Assembly (NCBI GenBank): GCA_951406725.2
Contig: OX597834.1
Span: 6,324,001 to 6,388,000 of the forward strand
Direction of reading: 5' to 3'
Length of the DNA: 64,000 nucleotides
DNA from: Octopus vulgaris
Lineage: Eukaryota
Shown here one piece after another: positions 1-11,379 of the stretch. Both the position numbers and the translations under genes were made by a program. Positions within the stretch are counted from its first letter, which is position 1; every line of letters begins with the position of its first letter. A model generated the notes under the pieces. The model was not told where the DNA came from and made no database searches. It saw nothing but the letters and a program-made list of their open reading frames with translations.

Positions 1-470
1 AAGTCTGCATCGGTTGTCACATTTTACTGCTTTTCCTGCATCTCTATCCCTTTTGTGCATCAGCTATTTGGTTGATATTTCCAGTTCCTGAATTGCAAAC
101 ATATACCCTTCAAAGTGGGAGGTAGTAATCCAGATATTCGTCTATGATAAACTGCTTTGAGGATCAATGTTACTATCATCATGGAGCTTTCTACTAACAT
201 ATCCATAGATAGTCTTCTGCTCATACAGGCTCATCCTTTCATCTAATGATATGTTGCGGTAGAGTCATGCGACTTCTTTGGGCATGTCTTCTAGGTATCA
301 GATAAGGAATGTTGCTCAAGGAGTTACCTTCCAAGTCTTATGATGTTATCAACCTCGTGTATTCAAACTCTGCCGAAGGATGCACTTCGACACTTGGTGG
401 TTAAAAAGATGTTGCCAAAGGGATATGATGCAATATTCAAAGGCACTTTGGATTGATGTTAAGGCTTTGT
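1..470 (-). mobile_element. Degenerate R4/Dong-like (restriction-like endonuclease) non-LTR retrotransposon fragment
   Basis: Minus-strand translation gives ...LTSIQSAFEYCIISLWQHL... and ...TSHFEGYMFAIQELEISTK*LMHKRDRDAGKAVKCDNRCRL, matching the EGxxxAIQEQEI...RCRLC region before the zinc knuckle of RLE elements. It has in-frame stops and runs off the window edge. Confidence 0.7.
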
Positions 471-776
471 CACCTTGTTTTCATTTTAGGTAGAGGTGGT
501 CTACGTCACTGTATGTATGTATGTATGTATGTATGTATGGATGGATTGATGGATTGATGGATTCATGCATGCATGCATGCATCCATTCATTCATGTTTTT
601 AAGTGACAGTGGTAGTTATTTAGATGAATAAGATGATAAAAATATCATTCTTAAAGGATACCATTGTTGCTTAATCCCAGGTCATCTTCCATCAAGCAGG
701 CTTCTGTCCAAATACGTTGAAGACGTGATTATACCATCATATTTTTGGATATAGGGATTTTAGGTCTACAACATCA

Positions 777-2027
777 TATAAGGTTCATTCAAAGAGTATC
801 CAATTATATTCTTTCCCCACCAAAACTAAAGCTACATGGGCAAAATCCTTTTTGTGGGAAGTGATATTATCCTCTTTGCACATTTCTGAAAATTTTCAGA
901 CTGGTAGGCCACATCAGTTCCTGGTTGTTACACCTTGAGTACAGACGTGTAGCATGCACCCACTGGATTTTCGTTTTCACTCAGTAAACTGAACTCATTG
1001 AGCAGAGACCATAAACCCATTTCTCGTCACCAGTGATAAAGGTCTTCATGAGGTCTGGGTCGTAATTTACTGTCCAGTATGTCCTTAGTGATTTCCATGT
1101 AGAGTTCTGTTCACTCTCTCCACATGGACAAATCCTCTATAAAATGGAATCCACTGATTCTGCACTTCTTCCAACTTCAAGAACAATTTCCTGGATTGTT
1201 ACATGACAGTCTTCCATGACTACCATAAATCCTCGAGTATAATCCGCATTTTTTACCCAACATTTAAAGGTCAAAATCCCTAGTGCGTACTATATACGAG
1301 GTTGAAAATGAAAAATATTTTATAAGCTATGTCCGTTTGCATTATGTTATATATACAATAATAATAAAGGATGTTACCACATACATTTTTACAAACCAAG
1401 GACGTTATATAGACCTCCTTGACTCAGGTTAGAGAAGGGGTGATATTATACACAAGGTTTAGGTTTTTCAGAGGTACAGCCCCCTAAAATCCCCTGCGTA
1501 TTATACACAAGGTTTAGGTTTTTCAGAGGTACAGCCCCCTAAAAATCCCCTGCGTATTATACTCAAGGACAGACTATACTCGAGGATTTACGGTATTTGC
1601 TGAATCATCTCAATTGGTTCCTCATTTTAGCTGTTGGATGGCCTGCCTGAGCATGCCTCACTCTTCACTGAGAGATGGCCATGTTTGAAGTGGCTGTACC
1701 ATTCCTTGATCTAAGTTTTTGCCCATGGCATCATCGCCAAAAGCCTGCTGAATCTTCTGGAAGGTTGAGTATCACCAAGTTTTTGGCAAAACTTTATGCA
1801 ATATCTCAGATTGATGCATTTGATGAAAATAAAAAATCTGGCGAGTACACTCTATACATCTGTACTCTAAATGTAAGAGCAAGAAACTGATGTGGTGTTC
1901 TGGCATGAAAATTTTCAATTTCACTTTCACAGGAAAGATGGTGTCACCTCCCATCTAAAGGATCTTGCTTACACAGCATTAGTTTTTGGTAGGAAAAAAA
2001 CAAAGGTGAATATTTTTTGAATACGTA
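777..2027 (-). mobile_element. Internally deleted mariner (Tc1/mariner) element, split by a MITE
   Basis: Minus-strand remnants KFCQKLG..QKIQQAFGDDAMG..KEWYSHFKHG..SGRPST (about 1600-1800) join MEDCHVTIQEIV and DPDLMKTFITGDEKWVYG (1005-1220). Degenerate TIRs lie at about 777-827 and 1981-2027. Confidence 0.8.
1223..1593. mobile_element. TA-flanked MITE (pogo/Tc2-like CCGTA terminus)
   Basis: taccataaatcctcgagtata (1221-1241) matches the reverse complement of tatactcgaggatttacggta (1575-1595) at 20/21 positions. TA duplication is present, with an internal tandem duplication of about 55 bp near the right end. Confidence 0.9.
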
Positions 2028-2451
2028 TCTTTCTTAGTTCTTAACGGAAAGTTCAATAAGGAAAATCAACAGGAGTAGTAGCGGCCGCAGCCACAGCAGC
2101 AGAAGGAGGAACTACGACAACAAAAGCAATAACAAAATCCATAAACACAATAACAAATAGTGTGTAACTTTTCTTTTCGCTTTACTAGGACTCATATTTG
2201 TCACAGTCCAACCGTGACCATTCCATCTATTTCTCTTTGTTTTTTTTTGTTTCTCAGGCATCATTGCGTGACACCTGGGTAAATGTCTTTCACTGTAGCT
2301 TCGGACCGAGCAAAGCTTTGTAAGGAGGTTTCAATGACGGTTATAGTTTCATCCTTTGACACACATTGCTTATTATTGCCCACATAAATTATTTGATATA
2401 TTCATTAGCGATTCGCTAACTCATTCACAGATTTCTATTGTGTAAGACATA

Positions 2452-2871
2452 GGCGCAGGAGTGGCTGTGTGGTAAGTAGCTTGCTAACCAACCACATGGT
2501 TCCGGGTTCAGTCCCACTGCGTGGCATCTTGGGCAAGTGTCTTCTGCTATAGCCCCTGGCCGACCAATGCCTTGTGAGTGGATTTGGTAGACGGAAACTG
2601 AAAGAAGCCTGTCGTATATATGTATATATATATATAAGTGTGTGTGTATATGTTTGTGTGTCTGTGTTTGCCCCCCTAGCATTGCTTGACAACCGATGCT
2701 GGTGTGTTTACGTCCCCGTAACTTAGCGGTTCGGCAAAAGAGCCGATAGAATAAGTACTCGGCTTACAAAAGAATAAGTCCCGGGGTCGATTTGCTCAAC
2801 TAAAGGCGGTGCTCCAGCATGGCCGCAGTCAAATGACTGAAACAAGTAAAAGAGTAAAAGAGTAAAAGAGT
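2452..2871 (+). mobile_element. SINE family A, full length
   Basis: tRNA-like head ggcgcaggagtggctgtgtggtaag...ggttcagtccc, CORE-like cttgggcaagtgtctt, internal (TA)n(TG)n, and (gagtaaaa)n tail. Confidence 0.9.
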
Positions 2872-4162
2872 ATATGCTGGCAATCATCTTCGTCCGAAAA
2901 CAGCCGAGCCGAGATTTAAAAGCTGTTTTTAGCCACACAGTGATAATATAGAGTTCCTTACTTTGGCTTAGATTAAACTGTTTTTTTTCTGTCAATTAGC
3001 TTAAGAAACATGTGATTGCACAAAGTTTACAAACAGATCTTTGCAAAACTCAGACTTACTTTTGATGCAGGTGTAGCTGTGTGGTAAGAAGTCTGCTTCC
3101 CAACCATGTGGTCTCTGGTTCAGTCCCACTGTGATGCACCTTGGTCAAGTGTCTTCTACCATAGCCTTGGACCAACAAAGGCTTGAGAGTGGATTTGGAA
3201 GACAGAGACTGAAAGAAGCTCATTGTGTGTGTGTGTGTGCGTGCGTGTGTGTGCATGTGTGTGTGTGTGTGTGTATGTGTTTGTGTATGTGTGTGTGGGT
3301 GTATATGTGTGTGCTTGTGTGTGTGTATGTGTGTGTGCATGTGTGTGCGTGTGTGTGCATGTGTGTGTATGTGTGTGTGTGTGTGTCTGTGTGTATAAAA
3401 TGAGGCCAAAAAGGAAACACAAAAGTGCAACATAGACTTCCAACCTGTCTCCAGGATGACAACAATTTGAATAAGAACCCTTCTAACCCTTAATGATCCC
3501 ATTTGATCAATGTCAGTATGGGTGGTGGATGTTAGATACTGGTGATGTTGTCTCTGCCATCACCCACTCCCCTGTTGCAAATATTGATGTTAATGATATT
3601 TCTTTTCTAATTAATTGGCAAGGTTAATTTTGCTATTAATCCTTTCAGAGTCCAAAAAAAAAAAAGAAAAAGAAGAAAAGAAAAAGAAAAAAAAGAAAAA
3701 TTTTGACGGGTTTACTTGGATTGTTTAGTGTTGGATGAGTTGCCTTCAATAATGTGTTCTTGTTGTTCTTGTTGTTTGCAGATTGATTTCAGTTTCCATT
3801 TACTCTCACTCGCCTCCTTCACTGCCAGGAAACAAACTCTTCAGAATCCAGCAAAAATGTGATAAATTGTTAAAATTAGTCTGGGAAATGCATCGATTGG
3901 AGCAATATCAGGATTGCATCAATATGCAATTAATGCACACTTGTGCTCAAGTACGATAAACAGTTGGACAGAAAAGAATATTGGATATCTAATTAGTCAG
4001 ACAAAAGGTCAGGGCCTCCAGCAGATTTAGGGTTACTGAAGGTTACTGAAGGGAATTTGCAATATCTGTGTTTTGGCTTGTTTTTTTTTAAATGTAATTT
4101 TGAATTTTCTGGTTATTTCAATGACAGATTTCAATTCATGATTTCATGCAGAAATATATATA

Positions 4163-4748
4163 TATTTCTTTACTACCCACAAGGGGCTAAACATAGAGTG
4201 GACAAACAAGGGCAGACAAACGGACTAAGTCGATTACATCGGCCCCAGTGCGAAACTGGTACTTTATTTATCGACCCCAAAAGGATAAAAGGCAAAGTCG
4301 ACCTCGGCGGAATTTGAACTCAGAACGTAACGGCAGACGACATACATATTTCTTTACTACCCACAAGGGGCTAAGTATAGAGGGGACAAACAAGGACAGA
4401 CAAAAGAATTAAGTCGATTACATTGGCCCTAGTGTGAAACTGGTACTTTATTTATCGACCCCGAAAGAATGAAAGGCAAAGTCAACCTCGGCGGAATTTG
4501 AACTCAGAACATGGCGGCAGACGAAATACCTATTTCTTTACTAACCACAAGAGGCTAAACACAGAGGGGACAAATGGATTGTGTTGATTACATCGGCTCC
4601 AGTGCGTAACTGGTACTTAATTTATTGACCCCGAAAGGATGAAAGGCAAAGTTGACCTCGGTGCAATTTGAACTGAGAACGTAACGGCAGACAAAATACC
4701 GCTAAGCATTTCGCTCGGCACGCTAACATTTCTGCCAGCTTGCCGCCT
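4163..4748 (-). mobile_element. SINE family B: head plus three tandem 184-bp units
   Basis: Unit ends (tatttcttta) at 4163, 4347 and 4531, with a single head at about 4700-4748. The central gcctttcatcctttcggggtcgataaat resembles the MetaSINE/Sauria-type central domain. Confidence 0.9.
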
Positions 4749-5170
4749 CAAGATTTCATATAGAAATATATCTCCAAGCGGGTGCTGAAAAGTTCTTTGC
4801 TTTGGGTAAAAGGAAATACAGGAGGATTTTTCCAACCATCATCTGTTACCGAGCAAGGTAAATATCTCCCATGAAATATTAGCTTTCTTTTTACTTAAAT
4901 ACCGGTAATAAAATGACACCACTTACCTGACAGGGACACTCATTTACAACTACTACATTATGTCAAGGCAAGGTCACAATGATAAATACATACACACTTA
5001 CACACACATAATGGGCTTCATTCAGTTTCCATTTACCAAATACACTAGTAAGTCAGTTAGCTAGGTGTTACAATAGAAGTGATTTGCCCTAGGTTATCAC
5101 ACAGAGGAAATAAACTGAAAACCAAATGGTTAGGAAAGGAACTTCTTAACCACATGGGCATATTCATATA

Positions 5171-5548
5171 TACTCTTTTACTTGTTTCAGCCATTTGACT
5201 GTGGCCATGCTGGAGCATCACCTTTAGTCGATCAAATCGACCCCAGGACTTCTTCTTTGGAAGCCTAGTACTTATTCTATCGGCCTCTTATGCCGAACCG
5301 CTAAGTTACGGGGATGTAAACACACCAGCATCAGTTGTCAAGCAATGTTGGGGGGACAAACATAGACACATACATATACATATATAAATACGACGTGCTT
5401 CTTTTCAGTTTCTGTCTACCAAATCCACTCACAAGGCTTTGGTTGGCCCGAGGCTATAGTAGAAGACACTTGCCCAAGGTGCTATGCAGTGGGACTGAAC
5501 CCAGAACCATGTGGTTGGTAAACAAGCTACTTACCACACAGCCACTCT
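5171..5548 (-). mobile_element. SINE family A
   Basis: Reverse complement of the family A consensus from tail to head. Confidence 0.85.
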
Positions 5549-5623
5549 TCCCAAATATTGTGTTTACAGTGGTGTGAAACTAATAGTAGTTTGAATTTAA
5601 ATCCTTTGTATCTTAAATGATAT

Positions 5624-7039
5624 TCATCATCAACATCATCATCATCATCATCGTTTAACGTCTGCTTTACATGCTAGCATGGGTTGGACAGTTTGACTGA
5701 AGGCTGGTGAGCTAGAAGGCTGCACCTGGCTCCAATCCAATCCAGCTATGTTTCTACAGCTGGATGCCCTTCCTAATATCAACCACTCCAAGTGTGTAGT
5801 GGGTGCTTTTTATGTGCCACCGGCATGAGGGCCAGTCAGGCAGTACCGGCATCGGCCATGTTTGAATGGTGCTTTTTACATGCCACTGGAACAGGAGCCA
5901 GTCAGGCAGCACAGAGCATGATCATGCTTGAATGGTGCTTTTTACGTGCTAGTGGCAGGGGAGCCAGCCAGGCGGCACTGGCAACAATCACCCTCGAATG
6001 GTGCTTTTTATGTGCCACTGGCATGGGTGCTAATCAGGTGGTACTGTCATCAGCCATGATGTTGACATCACTTGTCTCAACAGGTCTTTGCAAGTGCAGT
6101 TTATTGCCTAATGATTGAAAGATGCTCTTAAATGGGTTGGTTATGCTGCACTGGCTTAGGCCATGGTTACGGTCTCACTTGACTTGCCAGATCTTCATAG
6201 CACAGCATATCTCCAAAGGTCTTGGTCATTTGTCATTGCCTCGGTGGGACCCAGTGTTCATAGGTCGTGTTTCAACACCTCATCCAAGGACTTCCCGGGT
6301 CTGCCTCTTCCACAGGTTCCCTCTACTGCTAGGGTGTGACACTTTTTCATACAGCCGTTCTCATCCATATGCAACACATGACCATACCAGTGCAGTCCTC
6401 TCTCTTGCACACCACATCTGATGCTTCTTAGGTCCAACTTTTCTCTTGGAGCACTTAAACTCTACCGTATATGCCCAATGACATTTCACATCCTTTGGAG
6501 CATACTAGCTTCATTCCTTGCAAGCTTATGCATGTCCTCAGCTGTCATGGCCCATGTTTTACTGCCATGTAGCATGGCTTTTTGGACACATGTGTCATAC
6601 AGTCTGCCTTTCACTCTGAGTGAGAAGCCCTTTGTCACCAGCTCTCTGAACTTTGCCCAGGCTATTCTTATTCTAGTAGCTACGCTCTCAGAGCAACCAC
6701 CCATGCAACTGACTTGGTCACCTAGGTAACGGAAGATATCAACTACTTCTAGTTTTTCCCCCTGGAATGTGATGGAAGCTGTTTTCTGCACATTTTCAGT
6801 GTTTATTGCCCCTGAGGATTTGCTACACACAAAAATTATCTTCCCAGTTAGTCTTCCTTTGATATTGCTGCACCACTTAGACTGGGTACATCTTATGGAG
6901 TTTCTACCTAGGCCTTTTCTACAGATTGTGCAGGGCCATCTATCTGAAGGGATTTGTGATTTGTCTGCCTTCCTACTTATTAAGACCTTGGTTTTTACTA
7001 GATTGACTCTAAGGCCTTTTGATTCTAGACCTTGCTTCA
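5624..7039 (-). mobile_element. 3' portion of an RTE-clade LINE (same family as 56605-59615), decayed
   Basis: (ATC)n tail and 3' UTR, followed by KQGLESKGLRVNLVKTK...FRYLGDQVS...LHGSKTWA, homologous to ORF 57392-58570. Confidence 0.9.
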
Positions 7040-7554
7040 AAGTGAAGAATTGCTGTAGATTTGCAGAATGCTTCCTAAATACTGTACTTCGAGCATCTTT
7101 ATCCAATAGTTTCCATTGATGCAGACATGAGTCCAGGACTTCACTCTGTTGCTTAGTAAGTGTTAGATCACAAACTAGATTATTGAGTTCAGGTTGGGTG
7201 ATGAGGTCTGGTTTCATTTCAGATCAACTACGGATTTGGACCCATATAACTATAAAAAAAACATTGAGTTTACTTTTTATAATTTTCATAGATTAGATTG
7301 ACAAATACCTTACGAATACCCCATTAAAATTATATCCAAATCTGTTCACAAACTTTTAGAGTTGTCAGTTTCAGCTTAATCCTGTTTGCACCTAATTCCT
7401 ATGAAAATCATCAGTGAATTTAGTGTAAAATAGTTATTTACGAGAAACTGGAGTGTCACCAAAAAAAAATTAATGTTATATTCGTGATCTACACACGAAA
7501 TACCCCTAGAAAAGGATATTCTCATTTCCGTTTTTTTTTCATTGTTATGCAGTG
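7040..7554 (-). mobile_element. Probable Chapaev3-like (CMC) DNA transposon 5' fragment
   Basis: PDLITQPELNNLVCDLTLTKQQSEVLDSCLHQWKLL matches the ELNDLVRDLxLSKxxAELLxSRLxxWNLL motif that I associate with Chapaev3 transposases. The minus-strand terminus begins CACTG..AACAA at 7554. Family assignment is from memory. Confidence 0.6.
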
Positions 7555-7763
7555 TAATTAAATACTACAAATCCTTTTATTATGTCTGTTTAATAATGAG
7601 ATTAGTACAGTAGATTCTCATAGATTCTAAAGGCAGCCACCATCTTTGTAGTCCCTTTCTCCCACCCTCCACCAATCATTTTCGTGTAAACATACATGAA
7701 TTGCTTCCTTGGCAACTCATAATGCTCTCCCCTCTCCCCTGTGTTCATAAATATGATATGAAA

Positions 7764-8179
7764 AGGCAGCGAGCTGGCAGAAACGTTAGCACTCAGGGTG
7801 AAATGATTAGCAGTATTTCCTCTGCCGTTATGTTCAGAGTTCAAATTCCACCGAGGTCGACTTTACCTTTCATCCATTCGGGGTCGATAAATTAAGTACC
7901 AGTTATGCACTGGGGTCGATATAATCGACTTAATCCCTTTGTCTGTCCTTGTTTGTCCTCTCTGTGTTTAGCCCCTTGTGGGTAGTAAAGAAATAGGTAT
8001 TTTGTCTGCCGTTATGTTCTGAGTTCAAATTCCGCCAAGGTCGACTTTGCCTTTCATCCTTTCGGGGTCGATTAAATAAGTACCAATTACACACTGGGGT
8101 CAATGTAATCGACTTAATCCTTTTGTCTGTCCTTGTTTGTCCTCTCTGTGCTAATGATTCTGCCAGCTTGCCGCCTTAC
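7764..8179 (+). mobile_element. SINE family B: head plus unit plus truncated second unit plus inverted head fragment
   Basis: Unit starts at 7812 and 7996 (period 184) with junction gaaata/ggtattt. 8151-8179 is the reverse complement of the head. Confidence 0.9.
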
Positions 8180-9340
8180 CTATTCCAATACCACCAGCCT
8201 CTCAAAGTACTTTTGTCTTGCAAGTAATGTGGTTACCTCCCCAGGGCTAGTGCCATACAAAAAGCATCCAATAGACTCTGTGAGGTGGTCGGCATTAGAA
8301 ATGGCAACCAGCTATAGTAACCGTGTCAAAGCAGATCTTTCTGGTGCTGGTGCTAGTGCCATGTAAAAAACTCCCAGATCAGTTTGTAAAGAGGTTGGCA
8401 TTAGAAATGGCATCTGGTCCTTAAAACCAAGTCAAAGCAGACAGTGAAGCTTGCTGCAGTTGTCTGGTTTGTCATCTTCTGTCAAACCATCCAACACATA
8501 CCAGCATGGAAAACAGATGTTAATGATGATGCGGAGGCGAAGAATAAATATGAACAAGGAGAATGGAATGAGCAATTCATTTCTTACATAATTTTACAAC
8601 TGTTTCATTGATATTTTATCAGCAGTTATATTTCTATATTATTATTATGATGATAATATAATATGTGTAACAATATTTTGCATCAGATTATTATACAACT
8701 AATATTGCAAAATTATTGACTCATCAGGTTTATGTATAAAATCCATTTGCTGGATTTTTTTTGTATTTTCAAAAGTACATACCCTTCATCCAAGATGTTC
8801 TTATCACTTCATTTGTATTCCATAGTTAAAGCAAAAAAACAAGTACATAATAAACCACAAATTCAGATTAACCACTCAAGAAACAGAATGATTTATAGTG
8901 AATAAAAGAATAAAGGAAATATATAGACACATAAATGATGGCTAAATACATGATAGATTTTTTTTTTCTCCAGAACCATGCATCTATTAATAGTCAGCAT
9001 CTACTCTGATATTATTAAGGAGGCTGGACGTACAATTCACTGTCTACGATTTAATTTGATATTGCTGCGTATTATTTAGAGTAAATGGACAAAAAGTTTT
9101 GCCAGCGTTTAGTTAAGTGTGAACTGGCAGCAGAATTATTTATCATATTCTCCCTCTCTCTCTTGAACACACAAACGCAGACATTTTCCTAAATAGATAA
9201 AACTGAATTATTTCTACGTTTAAATGTGTTTTTTCTCTAGTAATAAATAAATCAGGATATTCATTAAAGAGATTCAGAGTGTCCAGAAAATCAAAATCTA
9301 CTTCCCATGTCATTAAATATTTGTGTGTGTGAGTGTGTGC

Positions 9341-9386
<46 letters not shown>

Positions 9387-9461
9387 GAAAAAATAATAAA
9401 TGGATAATTTAGAAGAACTAAAGTAAAAATATTGCATACAAATAAATTCTATATGTATGTA

Positions 9462-10239
9462 TCTCTTTACTCTTTTACTCTTTTTCTTGTTTCAGTCATT
9501 TGACTGCGGCCATGCTGGAGCACCGCCTTTCATCGAGCAACTCGACCCCGGGACTTATTCTTTCGTAAGCCCAGTACTTATTCTATCAGTCTCTTTTGCC
9601 GAACCGCTAAGTAACGGGGACATAAACACACCAGCATCGGTTATCAAGCAATGCTAAGGGGACAAACAGACACACAAACACACACACGTATATATATATA
9701 TATATATATATATATGACGGGCTTCTTTCAGTTTCTGTCTACCAAATCCATTCTCAAGGCTTTGGTCGGCCCGAGGCTATAGTAGAAGACACTTGCCCAA
9801 GGTGCCACGCAGTGGGACTGAACCTGGAACCATGTGGTTGGTAAACAAGCTACTTACCACACTGCCACTCCTGCGCCTATGTATATATATGTATATATGT
9901 GTGCACCGCCTTTCATAGAGCAACTCGACCCCGGGACTTCTTCATTGTAAGCCCAGTACTTATTCTATCGGTCTCTTTTGCCGAACTGCTAAGTAACGGG
10001 GGACATAAACACACCAGCATCGGTTGTCAAGCAATGCTAGTGGGACAAACACAAACACACAAACATACACGCACACACATATATATACATATATACGATG
10101 GGCTCAATCATCGATCGCCAGATTTCATTTAATACTTCAACAGTGCTTTTCGCACCGTAAGGCAATAGCTTTTTTTTGTGAATGACAGCAGTTATACATT
10201 TGTCAAGTGATGTTGGGGAGGGGACACACAGACACACTA

Positions 10240-10286
<47 letters not shown>

Positions 10287-10457
10287 CACATATACATATA
10301 TACACATGCAACAGGCTTCTTTCAGTTTCCGTCTACCAAATCCACTCACAAGGCTTTGGTTGGCCTAAGGCTATAGTAGAAGACACTTGTCCAAGGTGCC
10401 ACGCAGTGGAACTGAACCCAGAACCATGTAGTTCATAAGCGAGTTACTTACCACACA
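9462..10457 (-). mobile_element. SINE family A cluster: full copy 9462-9878 plus partial copies at about 9903-10100 and 10195-10457
   Basis: Direct similarity to the family A consensus, all on the minus strand. Confidence 0.85.
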
Positions 10458-11379
10458 AAAATACAAAAGGATTTTTTAAAAGCATTAAATGGCTAGGAGG
10501 GTCCATCTGAAAAAAAAAACAGGCACCAAAGGGGTCCATAGGTTATACAACTAATATTGCAAAATTATTGACTCATCAGGTTTATGTATAAAATCCATTT
10601 GCTCTAGGTTATGATTTTATGTAAATTTGGCTGATAAGGAATTACATTGAAGATCCCTTGTTACTTCCCTATTTTGAATTTTGTTGTCATTTAACCCCAG
10701 GTCAAGCAGAACTATGACCAAAAATATTCCACCCATAACTATCCTGTCCTTTTATTCATACTGTGTATCCAAGAGTATTTGGGATGTGTTAGTTTCTTAT
10801 TTAGCATAATAATGAGTAACCTGAGGGAGATGAGTCTACTATTTCTAGTAGGTCAGCAAATTCCAGGCTCCCTTTTTGGCATCTTGTTATCTTTTGTAAC
10901 TGTTCCAGTCATTATACTGCAGCCATGCTGGAGCACCACCTTGAATTCTTGGTCAAAGAAATCAACCTCGGTACTTTGATACATACTCTATTGGTTCTCT
11001 TTTGCTGAACCTCTAAGTCACAAGGATGAAACACCAACACTGGTTGTTAAGCAATGATGGGGAGGACAAACACTGTCACAAAGACACACACACACATGTA
11101 CAATGGGCTTCTTTCAGTTTCCTTCTACCAAATCCACTCACCAGGCTTTGGTTGGTTGAAGGCTATAATAGAAGACATTTTCCCAAGGTACCATGCAATG
11201 GGACTGAACCTAGAATGATGCAGTTGGGAAGCAAGCTTCTTACCACACAGCCACACCTGTGCCTGGACAGGTGAAAAGGTAAATGAACGGATCAGCTTGT
11301 TATGATTTACAATACCTGTCTACCACCTTGCATCAGGTGAGTCTTTGACGAGAAGTAATTTGGTATCCACTTTGATGAA

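Noticed and set aside
2452-2530. tRNA-like sequences at SINE heads (also 7764 and 48143)
   Set aside because: A and B boxes are present, but I see no complete cloverleaf, and each continues into SINE body sequence. They are not tRNA genes.
2425-2995. Recurrent 60-150 aa ORFs such as MPKVPRSGTEP and MLEHRL
   Set aside because: They are frames within SINE A copies; they recur because the repeat recurs, and are disrupted differently in each copy.
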